A stretch of 64,000 nucleotides of DNA from Neophaeotheca triangularis. Taxonomy: Eukaryota. Shown one piece after another: positions 48,147-59,419 of the stretch. The stretch is from NCBI GenBank assembly GCA_054600435.1, contig BAAIJX010000007.1, forward strand, positions 372,001 through 436,000, given 5' to 3'. How positions within the stretch are numbered: the stretch's first letter is position 1; each line of letters starts with the position of its first letter. Below the pieces are notes generated by a model, which was not told the DNA's origin, made no database searches, and worked only from the letters and a program-made list of their open reading frames with translations. Position numbers and translations under genes: made by a program.

Positions 48147-48878
48147 GCGTGCTTTTGGCGAGGCTTTGGATATGATTCCATACACAGTAAAGGGGTCCCG
48201 CGGCCTTTTCAGTTCTCGAAGGCAGCGATGCGGTTCTTTACGTTCTCGGATGGACGTTGGTATAACTGATTATGCCACGACCTCATGACGAGTGATCATT
48301 AGGGGGCCTGATAGCCGCCTAGGCATAGAATTCATGTAAATACTTCAAGCTTAAGCTTGACCTCCCACGCCAGCTCCACGTGAAAGAGAGGTTCAGCTGG
48401 TGTATTCCGGTACCTCTGTGCTGGCAGACTTGGCGAATACACGTGCAACGACAGTGTTAAAAGTCTCACGGCCCCGTATAAGAAGATTCCATGACATGAA
48501 GTGTTGCCCAAGCCCTGCTACGCATTGACGAACAATGTAGACGCCCGGGTTCGCGCGCGGCAAGACTTCCTCCCTCGTTCCCGCGCAATTTGTTTCGAAG
48601 CCACCTTCTTCCGGTGAACCGCTCAGTCCAGCAGACCACCTGTGCTACCGCGGCGTCGCCGGTCCCCAAAAACAACCATGGCTGCCGCCCCGGAAGAAGC
48701 ACATCCACCGTATCCGTCGGCGATATCCCAAACTGTCTCAGAGCATCGAGCAGCTGGCGCGCATTCATCCCAGCGACCTCTTCCATCCAATGGCCAACGC
48801 CACCGCGCCCATCCCCCGTAACCCAGCCCTGCAGCAGTCGTAAAACGAGCATGGCTCTTCTGGCCACTGGCATCCCCA

Positions 48879-49426
48879 ATGCCTTCGTCCTCCCGTCACC
48901 AGCAACAGCAGTCCCGCTCGCCCCCACAGTCTGCAACCCCTGGCTCCATCGCCGACAACCGCCTCGGCCTCAGTCCCCAAGATGTCGCGACATTGCGCCA
49001 GCACCAGCAGCTCGCGCACGCGCAGTCCCGCAGTCCCGCCGGCAGCCAGGCGAGCAGTCAAGGCAGACTCCTCCTCGACCCGGGGAGCTTGCAGCTGCTC
49101 TCCAGACACTTCGACCGGGTCATGGCGGCTATACAGCAGAGGCTTGAGCAGGTATGCGCTGTTGGGGCGGCTGCAAGATACGAAGAGAATGAGAGAGACT
49201 GATGAGGGTCATACAGCTCAACCGCGCGACCGAGATCGCTACTGAAACCCAATATGACCGGGCCGGCAACGCTATCGAGATGGCCGACGCCGAGATTGCG
49301 CGGTTCAGGGCGATTTTGCAGCAGATCGATGAGTTGGAGAATGAGTTTGATAAGGTTCGGAGGATACGGGAGATTGTGAGGCAGTTTCGCGCGAGGGTAG
49401 AGGCGCTTGAGAGGAGGGTTGGGTGA
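48879..49426 (+). CDS. Small coiled-coil protein, probable BLOC-1 subunit (Cnl1/BLOS4-like); exons 48879-49151 and 49217-49426
   Basis: SSQGRLLLDPGSL...FDRVMAAIQQRLEQ|LNRATE...QYDRAGNAIEMADAEIARFRAILQQIDELENEFDKVRRIREIVRQFRARVEALE; phase-0 intron. Family assignment from memory. Confidence 0.7.
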
Positions 49427-49818
49427 AGAGGAGGGAGGGGAGGAGGGAGGGATATTAATTGCGCTTTCTATGGGGCGTCGGCGTTGTGACAGAGGCTGCC
49501 TCACGGCAATGAAATACCCTTACATGCTGCTGATGTTTATACAGCCAGTGCGGTCACGAATATGCATGCATCATGCCCTTAGCAGACGCTCACCGAGGTT
49601 CTCGCCCGTGGATGTCCGTCGCATCGTTGTTGCTTGGTCGCGGGTGATTAATAGCTCCATGCCGTGTTCGCTGACGTGCAAGCACTGCTCTGAATTGTCT
49701 ATCTAAGTATACTTAGGACGCTTTGCCCACTTCTCGCCTTTACCCGGCAGTCGCGTTCGTTCTCACACTGTATCGGTAAGCCCTGGCGGTTTGCAAACCT
49801 CATCCAAACCGACCCTCG

Positions 49819-50421
49819 TCACGACAGGGGCACAATTACAAACTCCGACCGAAACCGGGAGCAATCAGAGCGATAAGCCTGAAGCTGTAACAACTCGAGG
49901 CCCTTGCCTCGCAACACCGGCTCTAAATTATCGACGTACTTGTTGAAAGTCATGTTGCGACAAATCGGCACCATCCTGTACTCGAAACCGTACGTCTCTC
50001 GAAAGAAGCCCTCATTCTTGGGAGAGATTCTACGTTCCTGTAGCACCTGCTGCCATTCCTGACAAAGACGTTCCCGCACCAGGTCTGGGATAGTGTCGGG
50101 GGAGAGGGAAGTATAGAGCTGTAGGATGAGATTGTGCATGTCCCACAGACTGATCTCGCGGACGGAAAGTATCATCTCTCGATCCATGTGCGAAAGCCAT
50201 TGGACTAGTGGTGTCGATGGCCCATCGTCCAAGTGTGCGTTGAACCGGGTGTTGGCGTAGTACATGGCTAGAGTTTCTTGTCGAAGTTGTCGGCTCGTCT
50301 GGCAAATGGCATGTTGGGTTTTGCCGTTTGCTAGGGCTGTGGCATACTTGTCGTCGAAGATGTAGCTATAGATGTGATTGCGGAGTTCGGCGGACAGCGA
50401 GGCCATGGGAGAGTTGTCCAT
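49819..50421 (-). CDS. Hypothetical protein with F-box/2EXR-like N-terminus
   Basis: SPMASLSAELRNHIYSYIF...ICQTSRQLRQETLAMYYANTRF is typical of a Dothideomycete-expanded family. Start codon uncertain. Confidence 0.72.
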   Translation of the reverse strand: MDNSPMASLSAELRNHIYSYIFDDKYATALANGKTQHAICQTSRQLRQETLAMYYANTRFNAHLDDGPSTPLVQWLSHMDREMILSVREISLWDMHNLILQLYTSLSPDTIPDLVRERLCQEWQQVLQERRISPKNEGFFRETYGFEYRMVPICRNMTFNKYVDNLEPVLRGKGLELLQLQAYRSDCSRFRSEFVIVPLS

Positions 50422-50768
50422 GGTTTCTTGAGTGCTATGTAATAGTTTCACCGGTGGGCGGCGGGCAGACCTGCTAAGGGAGGCATGTGTGGCCTTTCTC
50501 GGACGACTAGGAAGACCGATAGTGTCAAAAGTATCTCTTGTCTTTTGGGGTCTAGAAAGACTTCACATTCTTCGACAAGACAAGATCAATGTTGATAGCA
50601 CCGTAACATGGAAGTACAGGTGAAGTGAAGCTGTGAGACTCTAGGTGAAGCCAGAGAGTGCGCCGAGCGTTTCTAGCTCGGGATGTTTGAAGCTTCTCGA
50701 CAGACGGGAGCTCCTTTGTCTTCTAACTCCCGCCTTGAATGTCCTTCAGGAACTCGACATTAGCCAAA

Positions 50769-51791
50769 ATGTCCTTCTTCCAATCCGCAGGGCCTCGCCT
50801 GTTGAGACCCAGCTTATCACTTCGGTATCAATTCCTCCGTCGCGCTGAGTCTACTACAGCGAACACCGCTCAAAAGACCGCCAAACCGGGCCTGTTCAAA
50901 AGCTATCGACGACCGATTATATGGACCACCTCCCTCATATTTGGTCTGATAGGGGGCAACTTTGTCGTTCATACTGTTGCGCCTCCACCACCGATGCTAC
51001 CGGGCTCACGAGAGGATACGATTCTTATGGCCGATTTGAACAAGCGCATCGACAATGATTTCAAGGTCAACGTCTTGCGTGGAAAGTGCTTGGGAATGGC
51101 TAAACAGCTCAAAGGCACTAAGAGCGGCTGGGTGGAGGTTGTGTCAGCACCGGAAGAGCCGGTCCCGGGCCAGGTTGAGGGTCTGGTCCATCAGATGGCG
51201 GGCTCGAATGGGTTGGGTGTCGAGAGGCTTTTCTGGGATCGCAAAGAGAAGCAGCTTGTCGCGGTCATCTGGTTCGGAGGATCGCTTTCAGGCTGGCCGG
51301 GAGTAACGCATGGTGGCGCCATAGCAACCGCCTTTGCCGACAAAATGGCATTGGCGGCTCAATTATCTCGTGAAGATGCCAATGGCAACGTTGCCGCAGC
51401 TGCCGTGCCTCAACGACTACCAGGGACTGGCGATCACGCAAAGATGCTGGCACCGAGTGAGAAGCCACAGGAGCCAAGTCAAATGAGTTTGAGCTACGTG
51501 AAGCCAACCTACGCTCATGACTTTTACGTCATTCGAGTCTCTCCGCCGGCCATTCCGCTTGATCAAGACCCTGAGCACATTGTACCTTCGGAGCCCGCTG
51601 GAGGTCACGAGTACGAAGCAACGCTCGAGACATTGGATGCGCGTATCTGCGCCAAAGCCAAGGCGAAGTTTGCGCCTAGTTCGAAATTGGAAAGGGTAGG
51701 AGAGAAGGTGGCAGAGGGCGCTCAGAATGGATATGCTGAGTTCAAAGACTGGATGTGGCCTAGTAGGCAGAAGAATTCGCAGCTTGGGTGA
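50769..51791 (+). CDS. Mitochondrial hot-dog-fold thioesterase-like protein (Fmp10/THEM4-like); alternative ATG at 50739
   Basis: Arg-rich presequence, one TM segment, and WFGGSLSGWPGVTHGGAIAT motif. Confidence 0.8.
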   Translation: MSFFQSAGPRLLRPSLSLRYQFLRRAESTTANTAQKTAKPGLFKSYRRPIIWTTSLIFGLIGGNFVVHTVAPPPPMLPGSREDTILMADLNKRIDNDFKVNVLRGKCLGMAKQLKGTKSGWVEVVSAPEEPVPGQVEGLVHQMAGSNGLGVERLFWDRKEKQLVAVIWFGGSLSGWPGVTHGGAIATAFADKMALAAQLSREDANGNVAAAAVPQRLPGTGDHAKMLAPSEKPQEPSQMSLSYVKPTYAHDFYVIRVSPPAIPLDQDPEHIVPSEPAGGHEYEATLETLDARICAKAKAKFAPSSKLERVGEKVAEGAQNGYAEFKDWMWPSRQKNSQLG

Positions 51792-52472
51792 GAGGCAGCA
51801 TTGCAGCGGGACATGTAACTCTTGAGTTTGAGGGAAGCACAGCTTCTGACCGACCTTACGAGATCGCCTAATTTTCAGCCTCGGGAAGGACGAAGACGTC
51901 CGCTGCCCGCTCAGAGAACCATATTACTCGATGTGCGGCCATACAAAGTGTCGACTAGGCTCTTGACTCTGCTGAGCGAAAGACCCACACTCGACTGTTA
52001 TCTTCAAGCACGCAGACCAGGCACGGCCAGGCTTGCTCTGTCTAAAGGACCTGTTCCAACAATGAAACAAGAGTCGCTTGAAATGTCGTTCTGGACGATG
52101 ATCAATTGGGCAACCATCACGGACAAAGGACTCCTTGGCACAGCCGAGTACGTCGTAAGGCTTCCTGGCTTATTCTTTGTAACTACACACCAATACGATG
52201 TTGCTCAACAAAGAAATTACATATGCGGCCTCGTCTGGGTCAATCTGCAGAGTAGGAGAGCTTTGTCCTAGCATATTGCAAAGAACAATGTACGCTTATG
52301 GACATATTCTAGAGCAGCCCCAAGTTGCAGGAGCAGGCAGAACAGTGTCATATCTTCTCCTCCCGAACTTCCTGGTCGACCCGACTATCCACACTATTCA
52401 TATCATTCCTAACCTAAAGACCCTCCAAAAACCCACCAAACACTGAGAAGGACTCCTTAAACCAATCTTTCA

Positions 52473-55187
52473 ATGGCTACAATAACTCATATTCCTCAGA
52501 CAGAGCAAAATGATCGCGGGCGATCAACTCCACAGCCTCCATATCCCCCGACTGGGCCATCAGCATCCTCGGCCAGAGGCATCACCTTCGGAATAGAATT
52601 AGAATTCCTTGTCATTTGCAACAAGATCGAGAATTGGATGGCGTCCTTGGGACAGGTTCAAGCCGAACTAGTTGGGGCCTTGGAAGCACCGTGGCACGGG
52701 AATTGCAGTCTCCCAGGTTGCAACCAACAACACGAGATAATTGTACCCGTCAACGAACCCGGCCAAAAGTTGCCCTACACCCGCTGGGGCGTCGATTCGG
52801 ATGGCAGTGTAGGTGTGAACCGTGAAGACGTTTACGCCATGAAGGATTCACGGCACATGTCAATCGTCGAGTACGGCATGGAAATCACGTCTCGAATCCT
52901 CGAGTTCGATCCTACTCCTCCGCCGATTGACGCAGACTCTTGGGACCCAACCTCGCACGAACCCTTCACCGACTCCTTCTGGGAAATCGCGCTTGTCCTC
53001 AACCGACTGCACGATGTCTCCAGGACCTCACGGTACAAGCTACTTGTCAACCGATCTTGCGGCATGCACGTACACGTTGGCAACGGCAACAGAGGCTTTC
53101 CCCTGTCTGCGATCCGGAACACCGTGGCAATTACTACCGTCTTCGAGCGCCTCTGGGATTCCGTCCAAGCCCAAAACCGAATTTCAGACGCGCGGTATGG
53201 CCGTTTTGCAACAGCGCCCAGACGCAGACAGCGCCGCAATTCCTTTGCAACAATCCAGCCAGTTCCTAGAGACCCCAACGTCTGGGCGAAGCCTTTTTCG
53301 TACAACGCCCTGTACGCAGCTTGGTTCACCAGGCGCGAAGAGGAAATTCAACGCCACAACCCTACCGGTAAATGCCCAACTCCATATGAAAGACTCGACT
53401 GGCCGCGGAATCTTTGCAACGACAACGACCCGGGCATGAGAGCAGCTTGCAAAAGCATGGACGCGCTGGCATGGTACTACATCCAGCAATCAGCCACGAA
53501 CCTCTTCCAACTCAAGTGGCTTTACAACGTGGTCAATGCGAAACAATCCACTGTCTGTCTCAACCACTTGTCGGAAGAGGCACGCGAGGATGATGCTGAA
53601 GTTGACGATGACGACCCTTATCCCGGCCCACCTAAATCTGAAACTATAGAGTTCCGTCAACACGCCGGCTCTCTCAATTTTGAAGAAATCAAGGCTTGGG
53701 TCTGCGCCGTGGTGTCGCTTGTTCAGTTCTCCGAAAAGTCCTCGCTGGAGAATGTGAACAATCTTGTCCTGTCCGACTGGGCCAACCTCCGGATGACTTT
53801 CCCTGATCTCCTGAAGAAATTCGGCACGGACAGACGGACAAGAAAGTTCTATTACGACAAGTTGACGGATGAGAGATTGTATTCTGAGCGGCTAGAGGAG
53901 GCGCTTATGGATCCTTTCAAAGACCTCGACCCCCAGCTCTACCTCCATCAGATCCTCCACATCATAGTGCAGAATTCTACCCAGCCGCATAGCAGGATGA
54001 AGGATGCAATCAGACAGAAGCTCGAACAAGGCGGATTTGGCCAATTTCCTCTCGAGTCCCTGAAAGCCGTCACTCCCCCTCTCGACCCGGAAGTCACGAA
54101 GAAAGTTTCGAGTTTCTACAGAGAGGAGGGCTCAGGCGACTTCACAAACCCGCCCGACAGTCCAGCGCCACCCAAAACACCCTCACCAAAATGGGTGTAT
54201 CGAGGCGCCTTTCCCTTCCGCCGCCGCCGCCGCTCATCATCCACGTCCCGGACATCCTCAGGCCCTCAGCTCCCCTCATCCATCCCATCCGATGCCGATT
54301 TCGACATGTTTGACCTCTCATCCCCAAACTCCCCGTCCAAACAACCCAAAAACCCCCCACATCCCACCGCAAGCCCCGAACTCCTGACCGACGCCGTCTT
54401 CCAACCCACCATGCGCAACCTCCCGTCATCCCCCTCAACCCCGTCGCGCTCCCAGCGCTCCAGACACCTCATCCACTCCTCCCCGCCAAGCGCACGCTCC
54501 GCCCGCAACAACCTACCCTTCTCCCCACCTCTCCCACTCCCAAACATAACCGAACACCCTAACTCCCCTTCCCCATCCCCAAATCCGAATCAGAAACCAA
54601 ACCCCAACACCAGCAGCCCCCCTTCCTCCCCACCACCACCCATCTTCACCCCGCTCCCGGGCTGGGGCACCAACGCCGGTAGCAGCAGCGCCAAAACCAC
54701 AGCCTCCTCGCCACTACCACCCACCACCCACCACCTCCCCGCGGCCCCACCGGCGCCGAACTTCGGCCGTGAAAACAACAATCCCGCTTCCGCTTCCGCT
54801 TCCCAAACTCCCGACGTCGAGATGGGCGAGAACTTCCCCTCTACTTCTTCTTCTTTCTCGCCCCGCTCGACCGTCTCGTCGGAAGAGGAGTTTCCCATGC
54901 GGCCGAGAAGGTTGAGCGGGACGCCTACGCCTGTCGCGGTTGCTTTTGGGTTTAGTGGGGGTAGGAGTCCGGGTCGGATTGACGGGGGCGGGAGGAGGAG
55001 GGTTGTTGTGGGGGGGAGGAAGGGGAAGGAGAAGGAGGAAGAGAAGGAGAGGGAGAGGGGAGAGGAGGTGGAGAAAAAGAGCGAAGACGAAGACGAAGAC
55101 GAGGGCGAAGAAGGTATGGGTGGACGAAAAGATGACGACAAGCCTGGAGAGGGTGTTGTTCTGAAGAAGAAGTGGGCGTGGCGTTGA
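52473..55187 (+). CDS. Putative amidoligase (Amidoligase_2 / COOH-NH2 ligase family) with long Pro/Ser-rich and charged tail
   Basis: TFGIELEF, DSDGSV, GMEITSRIL, VNRSCGMHVHVG, TIEFRQHAGSL in the expected order. Confidence 0.85.
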   Translation: MATITHIPQTEQNDRGRSTPQPPYPPTGPSASSARGITFGIELEFLVICNKIENWMASLGQVQAELVGALEAPWHGNCSLPGCNQQHEIIVPVNEPGQKLPYTRWGVDSDGSVGVNREDVYAMKDSRHMSIVEYGMEITSRILEFDPTPPPIDADSWDPTSHEPFTDSFWEIALVLNRLHDVSRTSRYKLLVNRSCGMHVHVGNGNRGFPLSAIRNTVAITTVFERLWDSVQAQNRISDARYGRFATAPRRRQRRNSFATIQPVPRDPNVWAKPFSYNALYAAWFTRREEEIQRHNPTGKCPTPYERLDWPRNLCNDNDPGMRAACKSMDALAWYYIQQSATNLFQLKWLYNVVNAKQSTVCLNHLSEEAREDDAEVDDDDPYPGPPKSETIEFRQHAGSLNFEEIKAWVCAVVSLVQFSEKSSLENVNNLVLSDWANLRMTFPDLLKKFGTDRRTRKFYYDKLTDERLYSERLEEALMDPFKDLDPQLYLHQILHIIVQNSTQPHSRMKDAIRQKLEQGGFGQFPLESLKAVTPPLDPEVTKKVSSFYREEGSGDFTNPPDSPAPPKTPSPKWVYRGAFPFRRRRRSSSTSRTSSGPQLPSSIPSDADFDMFDLSSPNSPSKQPKNPPHPTASPELLTDAVFQPTMRNLPSSPSTPSRSQRSRHLIHSSPPSARSARNNLPFSPPLPLPNITEHPNSPSPSPNPNQKPNPNTSSPPSSPPPPIFTPLPGWGTNAGSSSAKTTASSPLPPTTHHLPAAPPAPNFGRENNNPASASASQTPDVEMGENFPSTSSSFSPRSTVSSEEEFPMRPRRLSGTPTPVAVAFGFSGGRSPGRIDGGGRRRVVVGGRKGKEKEEEKERERGEEVEKKSEDEDEDEGEEGMGGRKDDDKPGEGVVLKKKWAWR

Positions 55188-55771
55188 TTCTTGTTTATTA
55201 TTATTGAATTGCTCTTTAGGCGTTTGGGTTGTTGTCGATGGTGGTTGCTCTTCATTACCTTATATCAGAGCCAGAAATGTTGCTTATAACGATGAACCTT
55301 GTATGCTTTGTTTTTTCATCATGTTTGCACGATACAGTCAGTAGTTAATAGTGTTTAGACGTCCACGGCTTTTGGAGAACTGCTCTCTTTGGAGATGTAG
55401 GTGATCTGGTAGAAAGCAGGGCGAGTCAATTACCGACCGGTACACCTTGTGCGCGGCCTATATAAGAACTCGATCAACGTAGGTTTCGCTATCCAGTGGC
55501 ATTTTCAAACCCATAATCTGACCTATCCAGCAATAATAGTCCCGCTCCCACCACAATGACTTGCACGATCAAATCTTGGAAGAAAAGGAGACTCAACCAG
55601 CACGCCGGAGAAATTACAGACTTATTGCACAGAATCCACGATTGGATACTCAAAGTGATGACAAGTCAAGACAGACTCAAAAGCCAGCTTTTGCAAGAGT
55701 GAAAGATGAGAATATGAGAGAGTATGGGTATCAAAACCACAAAAAGCAAAACCCCTAAACCCCTAAACCCC

Positions 55772-55775
<4 letters not shown>

Positions 55776-55805
<30 letters not shown>
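55776..55805. repeat. (TC)15 microsatellite
   Basis: Read directly. Confidence 0.9.
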
Positions 55806-55810
<5 letters not shown>

Positions 55811-56018
55811 TCAAAAACCCGAAACCCTCAGAACTCCGGCCAAAGATTCCCATCAGACTTGAACTCTATTCGTCGGTATGCGCACGCTCCATCCCGTGAC
55901 TTTCTCCTTGTCTAGAAAGGAGACCTTGCAGTTCCTACAAAATCCCGATTTCTTGGGGAATGACAACTCCCCTCTTCCCACGGCTAGCCATTGCAGAGAG
56001 AGAGAGAGAGCGAGAGAA

Positions 56019-57198
56019 TCAAACATCCCTCCAAGACCCACCGACAGGCTTCCTGGCAACCGCACCCGGACCCGCAGCGGCAGGGGCAGGAGGCGAGCCG
56101 GCAACTAAGCTCGGCGCCGCGGTGCGATAACTCGGGGGCGGTGCGGCGCTGGTTTCATAGCTCTGCTGGCCGGGATAAGCCGACTGGCCTGGATACGCTT
56201 GCACCGGGGAGGGGTTGTAGACGGTTGAGGGCGGCGGTGGGGCGGAGGCGTAGTAGGAGTTTGGAGACGGGGGGCGGGCGTAGCCTGGCATGGGTTGTGG
56301 GGCGTGAATTGTGGAGGGTGGGGGGCTGGAGGTTGTGTAGTGTGAGGAGGGGGCGCGGTGGAGGGGTTGAGGGGTTTGTTGGGAATATTGTTGTTGGGGT
56401 TGTGGGTATTGCTGCTGCTGCTGCTGTTGGAAGGCGGGTGGAGGAGAGTAAGGGGATATTGGGCCATATGGGTTCTTGTCGTCGTTGTAGTAGGGGCTTG
56501 CTGCCATGGCGCCGAGGTCGCCTTGGTCTTGCTGCTGGCCGTAGTAGCGGGGGCTGTTATTTGGTTGTTGTTGTTGCTGGGCTAAGAGGCTCTGCTGCTG
56601 CGCGTTGTCCATGTTTGCCATTTCCACGTCTTCGGATGCTTCGACCCTTCTCGAGGTCGCGGCGCCCCAGCTCGGCATGGCTGGCAGCGCGTCTTCGTTG
56701 TAGGTTGTGGGACTCTTTGCTGTGGAAGGGGAGTCGAATGTCGCAGTGGCGCCACGGTAACCGCCGTAGAGTCCTGGTGGGTTGTGGGTCGGGGATGGGC
56801 CATACATCATGGGCGCGGCGGGTTGACCGTACTGCGGCGGGAATTGATGGAACTGGGGAGGTGGCATGGGCTGCTCGTAGCCATCTTTGCGGCTCCGGCG
56901 AGGAGAGGGACAGCAGGAGTTACAGCAAGAGAAGCAGCCGCAGCAGGCTTCGAGGCCGCAGCATAGGCAACGGGCGATGCACCAGATGATTGAGAGGACG
57001 AGGATGCTGCCGAGGATGATTGCTGCAATGACTGGCCATTTGCTGGGAGACGGTAGGTGTTAGTCGTACTTGATAGCAAAAAGGTGGCTAGGTTTGGTTG
57101 TGTGCGCTGTATTACCAATATGTCTCGCTCATACAATTGTCCCAGCTACTGAGCGTGTTCAGAGGGTCCTGCCTGGGTTGAAGGTACGACGTTGCCAT
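56019..57198 (-). CDS. Pin2-like single-pass membrane protein; exons 57198-57116 and 57042-56019
   Basis: Spliced N-terminus MATSYLQPRQDPLNTLSSWDNCMSETYCKWPVIAAIILGSILVLSIIWCIARCLCCGLEACCGCFSCCNSCCPSPRR, then a Q/P/Y-rich tail. The SWDxCM..C plus TM pattern resembles yeast Pin2. Confidence 0.8.
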
Positions 57199-57835
57199 TG
57201 TGATATGAGTGATGGGCCAGAGTAGTGCGTGAAGATGAAGGTACTAGTAGGTACTGTACGGTACGGTATGTTGTCCCAGGTCCTGCCTCTTGCCTACCGT
57301 ACTGGTATGTACTGTATGTACCGTACCAACCCCCTCTGATCCTGGTCTTGAAGAAGGCTGGGGGGGATAAGGTAAGGTATGGATCGTGAAGTAGATAAGA
57401 TAAGGAAGAGGCAGAGAGAGCGAGAGAGAGAGGGAGGGAGATTAATATTATCCCATTGTTATTGCTGTCGAGTTACTACTATTATTATCATAATTATTAT
57501 TACTACAGAGCCAACGCGCAAGTCAAAGGGGGCGCAGACGGCTTCGATTGCGCATCGCCCAGCTTGACAGGCAAGACAGGCAAGACAGGGCTGATCTGAG
57601 AGAAACACTCCACTCACTCTCTCCCCACACCTCACCAACCTTAAACTGCCGTTTCACACTTGGTATTCGCTAAGCCCCCTTTCTTCGTGTCAGGTGCCCA
57701 TCCATCCCGAACACCACCTCATGTTCAAAGCCAGTGATCAATTTGACATACTAGAGATAAGCGACAAAATCGATTAATTACTCTATACCATTAACTTCTC
57801 AAAAGCTATTCTATCCCATCCCATCATACCCTACC

Positions 57836-59419
57836 CTACCCTATCTGCCTCAACCCAGGATCATCCTCAAACGCGCCACAAGTATCCTTCCACCCCAAAT
57901 AATTCCCCTGATGCCCCCACGCACCACCCTTGCCCGCTTCTGCCGGCCTATCCAACGACTTGCCCCCAGGCGCAAGCGCAGGTCTGTAACTCGTATTGCC
58001 CACAATCGCGAGCTCCGCTTCCCAATCAATGGCTTTGCCCACCATGAGCGCTTTCGCCCACGGGTAGAACCATATTCGCGGCCACCAGAGGTCGCGGAAG
58101 CTCTTGTCGCCCGTCACGTGGAAGATGGGGAAGATTTGCTGCGTTATGGCGTTGACACCTAGGGAAATTTCCGACCATGGCGTCGACGAGGGTGGGAGGT
58201 TGTAGTGGTTTTTGTCCGGGTTGGACGGGTGGTTGGAGAGCCAGGGTGGGAGGTCGGCAAAGGGGGCTGGTGAGTCGGACACGTCCTTTTGCAGGGGCAT
58301 CTGGTCTATACGTGGTGTCCGAGGCGTGCCGTCCGCGTAGGGTGGAGAGGGAGGAGAGGTGTGGTTGAAGGTGATCCAGGTGCAGAAGGAACGATAGCCC
58401 GCGTTGGTCTGGAAGAGGGCCGCGTCGTAGTCCAGCCCGATGCCATACTCTACCCTCTGCCCAGAGCCTATGGTAGGGAATTGTGCCGTAGTATCAAACT
58501 GCTTTTTGCCATCCTTCATTACCTCCTGACGAACGGGAGGCGGTACAACTTCTCCATCGCGCGCGGCGATCCGTGAATACTCCTGCTCAGCCCAAATTTC
58601 TGAAAAGTAGTACTGATCAGAGTTGCGGAACTGAAAGCTTTCGTCATATGTCTTGTTGATGCGCTCTTGCGTGGCGTAAAACACCTCGCGCATATCCTTT
58701 ACAGGCCCAATCATAGTACCACTGTTCAACCAGCGCGGCCGCAGCGTGACCATCCACCCACCAGTCTCAGGCCCAAACACCCAAGGAGGGAAGTTGGGAC
58801 CTAGCTGGTCGTAATCCGGTACTGCCCAGCAAGCTGTGCGACGGTCGTCCTTTGGCCAACACAGCTTGTCCGGTCCGAATAACACTGATTGTCTAATCTC
58901 CTTCCCAGTCTGATCCGGCACTCCCAGTATTCCCTCGGCAGCCAGCCTTGCATTGGCATGCTCGATGATTTCGTAGTATCGTTTGATGATGACATCTGGC
59001 CGCAGTTGAAACCAGATGTCATAGCCATCGACTATGAGTACGAGGTCATCATCCGACTCCGGAGGCAGACCTTCGAGATATTCGAGGATTGTCGAGACCT
59101 TGAAAAGGTGGTTAGTCGTATCATCGGCCCAGCCTATGAGTACGGGTTCGGGATAGCCCAAGACGGCGATGGAGAGCAGTAGTCGGCACAGGTCGAGGTT
59201 GGATTGGGTAGCGGGGATGAGGAGATGTAGGCGCAGGGAGGATGTTGGGGCTTGGATGTCGGAGTAGGGGCTGGGTGAGCTGTCGCGACTGTCGCTGCCG
59301 GCGGAGGAGAAGGGTGAGAAAGGTCTGAAGGGACTGTCGTTATGCGAGTAGAGGGAGAAGAGGGCGATGGCGGCCAAACAAATGGCGGTTAGCGTCACGA
59401 GCCGCTGCCGCCATTGCAT
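57836..59419 (-). CDS. Type II membrane GT-A-fold glycosyltransferase-like protein (PLOD/LH GT-domain-like)
   Basis: N-terminal signal anchor; DDLVLIVDGYDIWFQL, VLFGPDKLCWP, RWLNSGTMIGPV, SDQYYF, YGIGLDY. Confidence 0.82.
   Translation of the reverse strand: MQWRQRLVTLTAICLAAIALFSLYSHNDSPFRPFSPFSSAGSDSRDSSPSPYSDIQAPTSSLRLHLLIPATQSNLDLCRLLLSIAVLGYPEPVLIGWADDTTNHLFKVSTILEYLEGLPPESDDDLVLIVDGYDIWFQLRPDVIIKRYYEIIEHANARLAAEGILGVPDQTGKEIRQSVLFGPDKLCWPKDDRRTACWAVPDYDQLGPNFPPWVFGPETGGWMVTLRPRWLNSGTMIGPVKDMREVFYATQERINKTYDESFQFRNSDQYYFSEIWAEQEYSRIAARDGEVVPPPVRQEVMKDGKKQFDTTAQFPTIGSGQRVEYGIGLDYDAALFQTNAGYRSFCTWITFNHTSPPSPPYADGTPRTPRIDQMPLQKDVSDSPAPFADLPPWLSNHPSNPDKNHYNLPPSSTPWSEISLGVNAITQQIFPIFHVTGDKSFRDLWWPRIWFYPWAKALMVGKAIDWEAELAIVGNTSYRPALAPGGKSLDRPAEAGKGGAWGHQGNYLGWKDTCGAFEDDPGLRQIG

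Noticed and set aside
55752..55770. Two CCCCTAAA units resembling telomeric repeats
   Set aside because: Only two units, not the TTAGGG repeat usual in filamentous ascomycetes, and embedded in low-complexity intergenic sequence.
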